Below the pieces are notes generated by a model. It did not search any database, was not told where the DNA came from, and was given only the letters and a program-made list of their open reading frames with translations. From assembly GCA_030704615.1 (NCBI GenBank), contig CM060733.1, positions 29,512,001 through 29,576,000 on the forward strand: 64,000 bases of DNA. The letters run 5' to 3'. The position numbers and the translations under genes were made by a program. Shown in pieces: positions 25,815 through 37,259 of the stretch (position 1 is its first letter; the number at the start of each line of letters is the position of its first letter). This DNA is from Takakia lepidozioides (lineage: Eukaryota > Plantae > Bryophyta).

Positions 25815-28800
25815 TCACTCAATCTTTCCGTGAACATAATCGTTGAAGATGAAATTGCTTTCTCCTTGTTTCAATGCATATGCCAAGAAGGCGTTGATTG
25901 CTGCTCCAGCGCCCATAAGCAACCGCAGAGGCGGGGCAGCCGGCACTCCAGCGCATGCCGCTAGAGCCATGACCACGGCATGGCCGATGAACACTTTTTG
26001 CCAAAACGGAACCCCTCTAGTGCTTTCCTGCAGGACGCACACTTAGCGGTGTGCGTGTCGAGCCGATCCAACATCTACAATAATCGCAACAAGTCTGAAT
26101 CAGCAGGCTTTTCTGAAACAAGAATCAAGCGAGAAGGAATATGTTCCTGGCACCAAGAGGAAGGACCGATGTGTATGTAAAACTGACAGATTGGTTTGGT
26201 GCACGATTATCACTATAGTGAGAGTACAACCAATTCAAAAAGTCAAGATGGGTTCCAAATTGGCACCTCACGCCTGCTCATGGTGGCGGGTTTATGAAGA
26301 TTTCCAAAATAGCTGCTGGGTGCCCAATCGACTTTGCCACCACCATAGCGGCGAAGCCAATTGCGGAATGCAAGCACAAAACGATCGGAGGAAGTGGGCG
26401 TGAATGTGATTTTGGAGTATTGGTCGTTCACAACTTCAACTCCCTTTTTCAGAAATGCCTTTTGTTGGCCCATGAGCAGAATCATATCCCCATCCAAGAC
26501 ATCGTTTTGTTGCCAGTGCTGCAACCACCGCGGAAACAACTGCAAAAATCCCACAACCGTTTCCTTGATGAATTTCTTTTATGGACCCACCATGGTTTAG
26601 CTCCATATCTCTTAAACTAGGAACCAAGCAGAAGCAGCTAGTATCAGGCAAGCGTAGTAAGATTCTGGGGCGTTGAAGGAACCTGCTCAGGAACACACCT
26701 TCCTCCAAATGGCAGCTATAAGTTGTCGGTTAGATGAAGGTTTGCGGCACACATTCACAATTGCACGAACTACCCTGGGAGCCACAGGAACTTGGAATAC
26801 ACAAATGTTTTCCTCAACCCGCCAAGCCCCATAAAACGGCAGCTTCAACGGGATTTCACACCTGCAAGATTCACATGCACGTCTTAGTCAAAAAAATGCA
26901 CTCCGCTAATGTATCAATTTGCCACAGTTCAGCCCACCGGAGACTGGTAATCAACCAACAACGTGCTCAACTTAGCTTCCTTCAAGGTCATTTGAAGAGA
27001 AGAAGAAAACGAAGGGATGGCTCTCACTTGCTGGCGGTGAAGCAAGGCGCGTGAAAGGCAAGCTGGAGCCTTGGCGTTTGTGGCTCATTGGTGCCAGAAA
27101 AACCCCGCGGCCCAACTGATGTCTCTAACTTGAGAGGCATGGGCGCTGCGTCTTCCCTCCTTCCTACAACCTGATCAACACGCGCAGCTTATCTGAGTAA
27201 AGCGATCCCATATGTAATCATCTAAAACGATTCTCTATTGATACCTGCAACACTAAACACATTCGGATGTTCTACTGATTATTATAGTTTGAGCTGTTGT
27301 AGATTGAGATTTCAATCGATTGACCTTATATACTGTCCGACTAGAAGAATACTATGGCCACATACGAAACTCTATCCGTAGTCGTGTACAACAGATCTAC
27401 ATCATTCACTGTAGCGTTACTATCGTGCCCCAACGTCCTCCCCCGTTCCTCCTCTTGAATCATATCCCCGGTTCTTTTACCTTTCGAGCGTAGACTCTAG
27501 ATCTGTGAGCATGCACTGGTAATCTGGCTTCTTTTGGCAAAAGCATTTGGTGCGTTGGAATGACATTCGTACATGGCATGCCAACCCATGCTTCCAGTGC
27601 GAGTCAGATGGCCTCTGAAAATATATGTATGTACATAATAATTGGGTCAGTGTTGCGTAATCAGAGTGCAGGTGTGACAAGGTAGGGCCTTATGAGAGTA
27701 CAGACTAGAGACCTTGTGATGTGAGAACGGGAGGTGGGAGGGGTCTGTCATATTCTCCATGCTCACGGTATAATCATAATACACCTCCCGCATAGTTGTC
27801 AGACGGATATTGTCTGGGTCGTCAAACACCGCAGGCAACCTGTACCCCAGCCCGCCGTTCTCCAGGGTTAACAAATTTTGTCCAGATCTCATAATTTGAA
27901 AACATAAGATCCATTCGTGATCTTTAAAGCTTTCATGAAGTCGGATGCTCTGCGGAGATCATAGAAAACAAATTACAATGCCGCACAGTGACATGGGAGA
28001 AACGAACAGAGTTCAACAAGCTGGAAAATGCACGACCTTTCAAACATTATATCGAATTTTGCACTGGTTGAAGAGGTAGATTTACTTTTGGGGCTCGGTA
28101 GCAGATGCCATATCCCAGCCATGCTCATCAGGCCACACAAACAGCAGGCCCTGCGACTCTTGTGTGGGGAAGGACACAGCACAGGCACGTGGGGAGAACT
28201 GTGCGCTGGCCTCAGGCCCCTTGGACGCTGCTTGCGGAATAGCGCCACAGCCGCCATCACCTTTCAACGCCCACCCGTGGTATGAACACTGCAGCTGCCC
28301 TTTCTCATCCAACCTTCCTTCCTGTCCATCCAAAAAAACCTCGTCACTCCAAAGCTACATAATTCCTTAAGCACTGTCCCCACTTCTGGGCCTTCATCGG
28401 CCCAGGAGTAATCTTGAACGAAGATTGATTACTGCTGGCTCTCAAGTGAGTCCCAGATCTAACAATAGAGCATGTGGAGCTTTGTATGGTCCGTTTGAAT
28501 TTATGAGCTATTCTAGTTGGTCATTAAGCGATTGGGCGCTCGAGGTAATGTAGATCATAGATCTGGTAGCACGTGTACAACAAACGCTTCTCTAGAGGTA
28601 TGTCCACGTTCGAGTTTCCAAGGCTCGAGGATAGTTACGAGGATAGATCTAATCAAGTCAATCAGAAGCACGCAGTACCGAGTGCAGACCGTCAGGTACT
28701 AATCTTTCAATTTTCAAGTAACCAATTTAACATTTCAAGGAAGTGAGGGACTATACGAACTAAAGCATGCAACAAGTAATCTTCAGAAGTGCTTTAATCA

Positions 28801-29100
28801 CGCTAACTTACAGACAAAGGAGCGAGTCTGTGCGGGCACTCGTCAAGAAATGCTAGCCATGTTTTGTCTGCATCCCGCCAGAGCACGAGCTCTCGGCCCA
28901 GCAGCTTAACAGCGGTCGGCAAATTAGGATCCAGGTCCTCCACAGGAGACACTGGATACCAATTGTTTTTCCACACAAATGGCTTCACTCTCGGCTCCTC
29001 CCCGATTTCCAGAGGCCTGTTGTCATACTTACCCAGAGTGGATCTCTCCTCTACAAACATAGTGGGACTTGGGGAAGGGATGGGCGGAGTCATCGTAGCC
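25815..29100 (-). pseudogene. PAO: Pheophorbide a oxygenase-like Rieske oxygenase, 3' body; exons about 29100-28812, 28321-28086, 27839-27713, 27170-27028, 26861-26699, 26539-26267, 26074-25815
   Basis: WYPV, Rieske CPHRLAPLSEGR..CSYHGW, mononuclear-iron ENMTDPSHLPFSHH, DGDM, FTPT..DRFVLAFRNWLRR, CxxC and terminal NFIFNDYVHGKIE. GT-AG introns are phase-compatible. The last exon has a 1-nt frameshift near 26003-26006, and exon 1 is cut at 29100. Confidence 0.88.
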
Positions 29101-30750
29101 CATGTGTGAAGAATTGAAATCTAAGACCAAGTGCAATTTCTTATGTATCCAAGTGCGTCACTTATGTCGATGCCCAAGTGCATCTCCCATGTAGAGGCCC
29201 ATGTGTCCAATGTCATCTAGGCCCAAGCGCAATCTTGTATCCAAGTACGTTTCCTATGTCAATGCCCGATTTATTTTTATTGAGTAGTAATATATCCAAC
29301 CATTATTGATATACCTCCTGTAGAGGCTCCAATCATTGTCTCAGGAAAGCCCACTTTGCTATTTTTCAAGAATTTCCAGCGACCAAAAGTACTTGAATTC
29401 CACATCTCCCACACACCATAGGTCCAAAAATCATGAGCCGGTGCACCCCTCCTCATCGAGGGGCTTTCCAACGATACCAAGCACGGGGTTGGGGCCCGGT
29501 GCTTGATACCGTTGGAAAAGCCCTCGATGAGGAGGGGTGCCCCGGCTTAGTCTCATAATTTTTGGACGTACGGTGTGGGAGATATCAAATTTCAAGTACT
29601 TTTGGTGGCTGGAAATTCGTGAAAAATAGCAAAGTGGGCTTTCTTGGAGCAATGATTGGCCCGTCATGTGGGAGGTTTGGAATTTCAAGTACTTTTGATC
29701 GCTGGAAATTCGTGAAAAATCACTTGGGCCAATTGACTAGGGTAGCCTGTGCCGTTGGCCCAAGTGTCCAATGTCATCTATGTCCAAGTGCAATCCAACG
29801 ACCCCACTGTTTGGGAGATCTAGGGTAACATGCATGTGTGAAGAATTGACATCTAAGCCCAAGTGCAATCTCCTATATATCCATGTGCGTCTCCCATGTA
29901 GAGGCCCAAGTGCGACCTCCATTGTCCAATGTCATCTGAGTCCAAGTGCAATCCCAATGCCCACTTTGTTATTTTTGCAATCTCCCTTGTCGAGGCTTTA
30001 TATATTGATAATTTCCAGCAACCAAAAGTACTTGAAATTCCACATCTCCCACACCGCAAGTCCAAAAATTATGAGACCAAGCCAATGCACCCCCTCCTCA
30101 TCGAGGGCTTTCCAACAGTACCAAGCACCAGCGTTGGGCCCGCGGTTTCGGACATCTCATGGCTACAAAACAATCAAACAAACAAACAAACAAAACAAAC
30201 AAACAAACTGCTAGGGTTGGCCCAACTTGTGTCTAATGTCATGTATGTCCCCCTATGTATCCATAGACCCCACACTTTGGGAGATCTAGGTAGCCTGTGT
30301 CGTTGGCCCAAGTGTCCAATGTCATCTAAGCCCAAGTGCAATCCCTAGGCATCCAAGTGCGACATCCAATGTCCAATGTCACCTAGGTCCAAGTGCAATC
30401 CTAAAGTCCACTTTGCTATTTTTGCAATCTTTCATGTGGAGGCTTCATATATTGATATATCCACTTTGCTATTCTTCGCGACTTTCCAGCGATCAAAAGT
30501 ACTTGAAATTCCAAATCTCTCACGTGAAGGGCCAATCACTGCTCTAGGAAAGCCCACTTTGCTATTTTTTCCAAATTTCCGGCAACCAAAAGTACTCAAA
30601 ACTCCATATCCCCACACCGCAGGTCCAAAAATTATGAGACCAAGCCGGTGCACCCCTCATCATCGAGGGCTTTCCAACGGTACCAAGCACCCGGACTGGC
30701 CCCGCGGTTTGGGAGATCTCAACAACGCTACAAAACAAACAAAACAAAAA
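29101..30750. repeat. Degenerate composite dispersed repeat (CCCAAGTGCAATC sub-repeats, AAAC tracts, internal fold-back); probable non-autonomous DNA element
   Basis: Many CCCAAGTG(C/T) units. A block (AAAAGTACTTGAAATTCC...ATCGAGGGCTTTCCAAC.GTACCAAGCAC) recurs near 29370, 29500 (inverted), 30010 and 30570. (AAAC)n at 30170-30208. Superfamily not assignable by eye. Confidence 0.75.
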
Positions 30751-31158
30751 GCTCTAAGTGGAACCTTGTTACTCCGCCTTATGGCTCTTTGTAAGGTTAT
30801 TTTTTCCTTACCTCCTCTTAATAAAGTTCTCAAGGCTACAACTTCCCCCCCATTTATTTATTTATTTTTTAAACAACAACAAAACAACAAAATAAAACAA
30901 AACAAAACAAACATCTCGCTTCACATATTGATTCTTGGACCCTATGGAGCTCCGGATTCTTCTCAAAGCTTTATTCCCTTCTATCATGATTTTGGATGTA
31001 AAGCACAAGTGGTTAGAAGGATTTAAGATACAATCTATCTTTGGTTGTCCTACATCAACAGTCATTCAATGGCGTGTTCCATTGTGCAAAAATGGGTACC
31101 AGGATGAGAATGTTTTGTATAGGGGAAAGCCCTGAGTGGAGGGCATTATAGGATTTAA

Positions 31159-31980
31159 CCCTTAAGTTCCCAAGCCCTTTTTTGATTTTTTACCAATTTT
31201 GGGTACCCAGCTGCAGTAAATTGCCCCCAGAAACCTACTGAAAATCACCCAGAGATTCCAGCCTTATAGCAATGGGCCCAGCTCATTTATGCATGACATA
31301 CCAAAAAAGGAGCCAAGTCCACCCTGGAAATTGTGAGATTATAGCGTTTGCCCGGACCTCAAATATCATGTCCCAAATAAAAAGTGAGAAAGAAATTGGT
31401 TTGACCAAATCAAAACCTAGTTTTATCCAATTTTGCTTGCCCCAAGACCCACCATTTCCAAATCAATAGTGGAGTGGCTATGACCCCATCAAATTGCAGG
31501 TCCAACTGATTTTTTCACCTATGGTTGCTATGCATGCAATTACATGGGGGGTTGAAATCTCAAAATTGACAAGAGAAAATGTGCCTCCAAATGAAGGTTA
31601 TTTTTTTCTACAAAATTTTTAAAAGCCAATGGTGGATGTGTGTATGTAATGCTCACACACCACAAGGTGAAGTGCTTTTTCCAAAATTGCTAATTTTCTG
31701 CCAAAAATGGCCTTTGGAGTGCAATCTGTTTTGGGCTTGTTTACCTGCGATGTCAGCGGTCAACAAGCCCTTTTCAGGCCCCAAAACGTAAATGAGAGAT
31801 CTAAGATATTTTTTGTAGGCGGAAGCTTTTGTTTTTTTTTTAATTTTGTTTTTTGCATCATACTCGAGACAAATCCCTTGTCATTAAAGCTTCAAGAGTG
31901 GGCCCCATCAGATTAGATCTGCAAAAATTAGGTCGAACTGCAAATTCAAAGTGACCCGATGTCGCTTAGGAACTTAAGGG
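31159..31980. mobile_element. piggyBac-like non-autonomous TIR element
   Basis: 17-bp TIRs CCCTTAAGTTCC(C/T)AAGC. TTAA precedes the left end (31155-31158) but is absent on the right. No coding capacity. Confidence 0.6.
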
Positions 31981-32366
31981 CCCCAAGGCGAGGGCGGCAG
32001 CCCCAGGCGCCCCAAAATCCAGTAATGCCAGAAATTGGGGGCTTGCCCCTGCGTAAGGAAATAGGTTGATTTCTTTTTTCTTTTTCTTTTCATCCTTCCT
32101 TTATGCTGGTAGTTTGCTCTGAGAAAAGATCTTGGATATAAAGATAAAGGAATATTGCAGGTGTGCATTACACGAGCGCATTACACTTACACGCTCATGT
32201 AATGCACACCTGCGACATGTGGCTGGCTATTACGCTTTATAAGGAGCAAATATTTGCAAAGAGATCAGCATATTTTGGTCGGATTCCTGTGGCGCCACAC
32301 AAGTAGGGACTGGTGGGTGCGGAGATCTGTAGGCCAAGGAGCGGAGAGTATATAGCCGCAGCGGTA

Positions 32367-32530
32367 ACCAAGTTGTAGCCCAGTTGTAATGGGCACATAC
32401 GACCTCGAAAGTGGTTGTGGGTTCAATCCACCCTTGGTGTCACAAAGGTGTCCACCTTCCTAGCGGAAAGCAATAACCCTTAGGGGTGAAGAGACACCAT
32501 CATTTACGCTTCGGACGTGAGGACGTCAAA
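32367..32530 (+). mobile_element. tRNA-derived SINE, copy 1
   Basis: A-box-like TAGCCCAGTTGTAA and B-box GGTTCAATCC. Homologous to three other copies in the window. Confidence 0.75.
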
Positions 32531-32552
32531 TATTAAATATGGAAAAAAAAGA

Positions 32553-32697
32553 TATGAGGCCTCCCCAAGGGATCACTTCACCACAAGGGCTATTGCCTTC
32601 CAGCTGAAAGGTGGACACCTTCATGACACACCAGATCGTGGTTTGAACCCACAACCACATCCAACATGGTATGTGCCTTTAGCACTGGGCTACATGC
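32553..32697 (-). mobile_element. tRNA-derived SINE, copy 2 (tail-to-tail with copy 1)
   Basis: Reverse complement reads AGCATGTAGCCCAGTGCTAA...GTGGTTGTGGGTTCAAACCACG...GGTGTCCACCTTT. Confidence 0.72.
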
Positions 32698-32942
32698 TCT
32701 TATTAAATATGAAATATTATTAGCCGCAGTGGGGTGGCAGCATGCGTTTCCCTATGCAAACAGTATGCTCCTATCTCAGAGGAGGCTGCTTCTGGACAGC
32801 GTCAACTTGCTCCTATATTGCACGCTCTTGTTTGAGAGAACCCAGTTGCGTTCTGCTCTTGTGTAAGAGCATCACTCTTGTTTCTGATAAAGACGGAAGA
32901 AAGAATTCTGTGTTTATGTTGGTAGTGATCGACAACATTGCA

Positions 32943-33321
32943 ATGGCAGCTGCAACATCGGTTGCTCTATCCTCTGGAGTGCGAGTAACATCTCAGTGTA
33001 CAGCGCCAACGCCACTCAGTAATTGCATTCTGCGAACACATGGCTCTGGCTGCGAGACCCTTGCAACATCGGTTGCGGTGAAAGCCGGTGGGCGACCAAG
33101 GAGGAAGTCAAGTAGATCTGTCATGACTACTTCTCTTCAAGTCTATGGATCCGGGGACAAAAAGAATCTCAGAATTGGGGAGTCGAAGAAGATCCGCTCC
33201 TTGAAATCTGCGTCTACTGCTTATGTGAAGGGTCATGGGCATGAGGAGTTGCGAGCTTGGAAGGCAAATTCAACAAGGGACGGAGTCCGTAGAAATGCTG
33301 GCACGATTCTGCATAGGCTAC
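32943..33321 (+). pseudogene. Displaced 5' half of PAO-like exon 1 (probable plastid transit peptide)
   Basis: MAAATSVALSSG...: Ser/Thr/Ala/Arg-rich, acid-poor N-terminal peptide that ends abruptly in repeat DNA. It shares the junction sequence CAT(A/G)GGCTAC with the cut end of the PAO body at 29095-29104 (minus strand). Confidence 0.65.
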
Positions 33322-33600
33322 ACTAGAGATTGCACTTGGGCCTCGACATAGGAGACACGCTAGAATACATAGGATATTGCACTTGGTCTTAGATTTCAAT
33401 TCCTCATAAATGGGCCAACAGCACATGCTACCCTAGAGGTCGCACTTGGGTCTCGACATAGGAGACACACTTGGATACATAGAAGATTGCACTTGGGCTT
33501 GGATGGGCCTCGACATAAGAGATGCAGTGGCATACATAGAAGATCTTACACTTGGGCTTAATTGACATTGGACACTTGGGCCAACGACACATGCTACCCT
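33322..33600. repeat. Second part of the CCCAAGTG repeat family, opposite orientation to 29101-30750
   Basis: GATTGCACTTGGG units. The reverse complement matches units at 29105-29200 and 29738-29790. Confidence 0.8.
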
Positions 33601-33974
33601 GTCCTTTAAACTACATGGGTTCCTTTCTTGGTCCCTAGACCAATAATATCCACCATAATCAACCAATATCCAACCCTGTCATTCCTAACTTTCTTGGCCT
33701 CGTGTAGGGGAGAGGATCTCAGCATACCAATCCTACCCCCATAAGGTTCTTGCCAAAGTACCCTATAAAAGGTCCTTAGTCCTTACCATGCTGGCAAAGT
33801 ACCTTACGAATATCCACAATTTGCACTTACGGTAAAAGCCTTGCTGGTGTAGTCTGGGTGGGCTTTAAATAGCATAAAATCCCGTTACACCCTGGAGCCC
33901 ATGGGCTGGGGCCGTAATCTCAGATTATGGGCAAATAGGCAGGTAGTTTTTTTTTCACCGTGTCTACAATGTAG

Positions 33975-34470
33975 TTTTTACGTGAGGTAAAGTCCTGCAA
34001 CTCGGGCTTTACGCGATTTGTAAAAACCTGCTCTAGATTTTACTTTTTACTTTTTAGGCCATTTTGAAGCAGAACTCCCCAGGATGCACAAGTGGCATGG
34101 AACCACTCCTGCCATTGGGGGCGGGAGCATGGAACGGGCGGTTCCATTTCTGGAACCTCGTTGTCAGAGGGAGATTAGTGGAATGCAATCTTCCCTTGGA
34201 TGACACATCATCTAGGGTTGATGTGAAGCCAACTACTCAGAGGGTGGAAACCAGGTGAGCAAATTTTTACGCAGCAGAAAGTTCCTGCCCGCGGACTTTC
34301 CGCCGTTTGCGAGTATGCAATCTTCCCGCCCACCCCTGAAACGGTGGAAAGTCATCGGGCAGGAACTTTCCGCTATACTAGATTCCCACGCCCTAGGGCT
34401 CCCGCCCTGGGGGGCTATGGAATCTTGAATCGCATAAAGCCCTCGTTGCAGGACTTTACCTAATACAAAA
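33975..34470. mobile_element. MITE-like element with roughly 35-45-bp terminal inverted repeats
   Basis: AGGTAAAGTCCTGCAACTCGGGCTTTACGCGATT (about 33985-34018) pairs with AATCGCATAAAGCCCTCGTTGCAGGACTTTACCT (about 34428-34461). TSD not resolved. Confidence 0.65.
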
Positions 34471-34626
34471 ATTCTTTACCCAGTCGAAGGGTCTCAAGAG
34501 AGACCCTTCTCCAGCCTGCAAAGCACTCCTCTATTTCTTTCTTTGTTATTTGCTGCCCAGAAAGTATGGATTATGCATGCATCTGGTGGGATGCCTACCA
34601 AGACGAAAAGTATGATGGTTCATTAA

Positions 34627-35591
34627 TCCCTAAAGGACTAACCCCAATTTTTGGATCCACCCCTAAGAAAATGACCCTTCCCCACTAGATAATTTATATC
34701 TTAAGATTTCCTCAGGCCCTGTAAAACCGTTGTAATATGTTCCTACCTACCCCAGATATGACCACAAAAAGTGTGGTCCAAATCGAACCGTCGGATTCCC
34801 AGATAATAATGTTGCAAGTTGGGCCAAAAACAAATTTCCTATTTACAATGGGGTAAAAAACACAGCTTTTCTTATCGAATTTCCCAGCTGTGAAATTTTT
34901 CGTGACACAAACCATAATCTTGTACCCTGCCAGGTAAGACACCTGCCCTGAAAATTTCAGCTTTTTCTGACATGTCCTCACGTCGGCTGCTTTGTTTGGG
35001 GGATCAAATTTCCCAATTTCAAAGGGGCAAGCACAAAACCGTATTAGAAAATTCGGTGAAAAGATCTGAACCGTTGAATTGTCAATCGCTCAGGTTGTAC
35101 TGTAGTGGGCAGGTTTGTGTAAGCACAAAAAAACTTTCGCGCCAATCAGAGCTTCCCTTCACATGATGTTTTCCCCTGCCCATGACTTCTCCATGTGCAC
35201 CTATGTTTGCCTATACTTTTTTGGCCGGTAGCCCTAAGGTATGTGGCCTGCCAATGGGGGGCGCTTTAGGGTGGAGGGGCGCAATAAAGGGTGTTGGGAG
35301 ACGCGCCAACGTGCGCAAGGGGGGTGCGTGGAATTTCTCCCTAACCTAACCCTAGTTGACACGTAGGATGGAGGGCAGGTTAGTTGCCCAAAATGGGGTT
35401 GAAAACCACGAGTGTAGCAGACTCTAGGTGTCCCACGTGGCTGGGGCCAGGCCCAATGACAAATTGGGAAATGTCACCTCATAGCTGATGCGATTACCTA
35501 TCCAATGAGCCTAAACATGCCCAAATTAGGCTTAACCCCAATGATAACCAGACACTTTTCTAAACCTAACCGACCCTTCGTCCTTTAGGGG
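34627..35591. mobile_element. piggyBac-like non-autonomous TIR element with TTAA target-site duplication
   Basis: TTAA|(T)CCCTAAAGGAC ... GTCCTTTAGGGG|TTAA, with TTAA at 34623-34626 and 35592-35595. About 965 bp, non-coding. Confidence 0.72.
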
Positions 35592-35893
35592 TTAAGGCAA
35601 GACTACCACTCACCCCATTCACCAAATGGCTCACCAAAATTTACAAATCACATGTAGAGAGGAAGGCACTGTCCCGAGGTACTTCCACGGTTTGAGGTTT
35701 GCAATAAAAATCAAACATGGATGATAACCTACTATTATCAGCCCATGGCCGGGGTTTAAAAAAAATTCTTCAACCATTTTTTAAGAGCGTCATGTCCATG
35801 TAAAATTTATGCAAAATTATCAAAGTCATGTGGAATACTAACTAACTAAATCAGAATATTATCTAATCACTAACTAATTCTAATACTAAGACA

Positions 35894-36070
35894 ACCAGCA
35901 TGTAGCCGAGTGGGAATGGGCACAGGCACATACTACGTTGGATGTGGTTGTGGGTTCAAACCACGGTCTGGTGTGTCATGAAGGTGTCCACCTTTCTAGC
36001 GGAAGGCAAGGCAGTAGCCCTTCGAGGTGAAGTGACTCCATAAGTTATGCTTCCTGCGGGAGGCGTCATA
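35894..36070 (+). mobile_element. tRNA-derived SINE, copy 3
   Basis: TAGCCGAGTGG A-box, GGTTCAAACC B-box, and the same body as copies 1, 2 and 4. Confidence 0.75.
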
Positions 36071-37259
36071 CTTTTTTCTAATACTAATGTACTTATTTAG
36101 GTGGCTAGAGTTGTGAAGTTGGTTAGTATTCTCAAGTACTTTAAGTATTGTATTTTTAAGGTATGGTGTGTAAATTTGGACAACACTCAAAGTATATTTG
36201 AGAGTAGCGCACAACGTGTGCACTAAGTGTCATGGAAGGTGGTGGCAAAAAGCAACATGTCCAACCTCTTCATATTATATGTGAGAAATCTAGTTTTTTC
36301 TAGCCCTCATAAGTATCAATACAATACCACCAAAGCCTTATCCCAGGGTCTGGGTCTGAGCATCAATATCATCTCAGCACTTAACCAGCGGGTAGGTTAT
36401 GAACTTGGTATTGTCCAACAACGGCTATATAAATCTTCTGGTCCACAAGGAGCTCAATGACTTTCGCTGGTTTCCTTCTAGAAGAAACCGGCACACCAGA
36501 GAATTCATGGCACTGTTAATGAGTGGCCGAAGAATATCAATGGATTATGAGTTACAGTGATCCTCCTTTTTAACCCACATGATCAGGCACTAGAGCACAT
36601 AATTTCTTGGTGAAACAGCTGTATCATTAGAGGGGTATGACAATTTGGGAGATCATCATGATTGAACTGAGTGGGGTCTAAAACACCGGTGAAGGAATCT
36701 GGATGCATCTGAGAGACCTTGACTCACAGCACTGTATGGGGTGATTGAACACTAGTGGGATGCTGGTGGTAACAGTTCTGATGCCTTAGTGTTGCCATTT
36801 GAAGTGATGACGTGCCAAAATGGCCTATCGAGCACATACCTGTGGGTTGATATTACACCAGAATGTGGACAGTAGAGGATCTTACTGAGATTATGAAGCA
36901 TTTAGACACGGTGTTGTTTTCCCGCCCAGCGAAATGGTGTCTGAACTTACTGATGGGGTGGCTTTTAGTGGGTGATGGGTTACAGTGACCCTCATTCTTA
37001 CCTCCCACCTGCTGTTGCAACCATTTCTTGCATCGGGGTTGAAAGTACACGGACCAATGTCTTCTACCTCTTTCTCACACACTGGCTGGGATGCAGTGTC
37101 TTCAGGCCCAGAAGCAAATTTAGAAGCTTCTCTAAGTTTGCTAGTGCATAGCCATGTTCGGAAACGTGAAAACTTGAGACCTGGCACAGCACATGTGCCA
37201 GGCCCATAACCGACCTCTTTTCATCCACCAGTGACCAAGACAAACTCATAAATTTCCTC

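Noticed and set aside
27028-27170. Suspected frameshift in PAO exon 4
   Set aside because: On re-reading, the frame is continuous (PRLQLAFHAPCFTASK).
29929-31026. 139-216-aa ORFs in the CCCAAGTG repeat
   Set aside because: Translations of low-complexity repeat units with no protein motifs.
32367-36070. Functional tRNA genes
   Set aside because: A/B boxes are present, but I could not form a cloverleaf, and the copies share a non-tRNA body and tail, as SINEs do.
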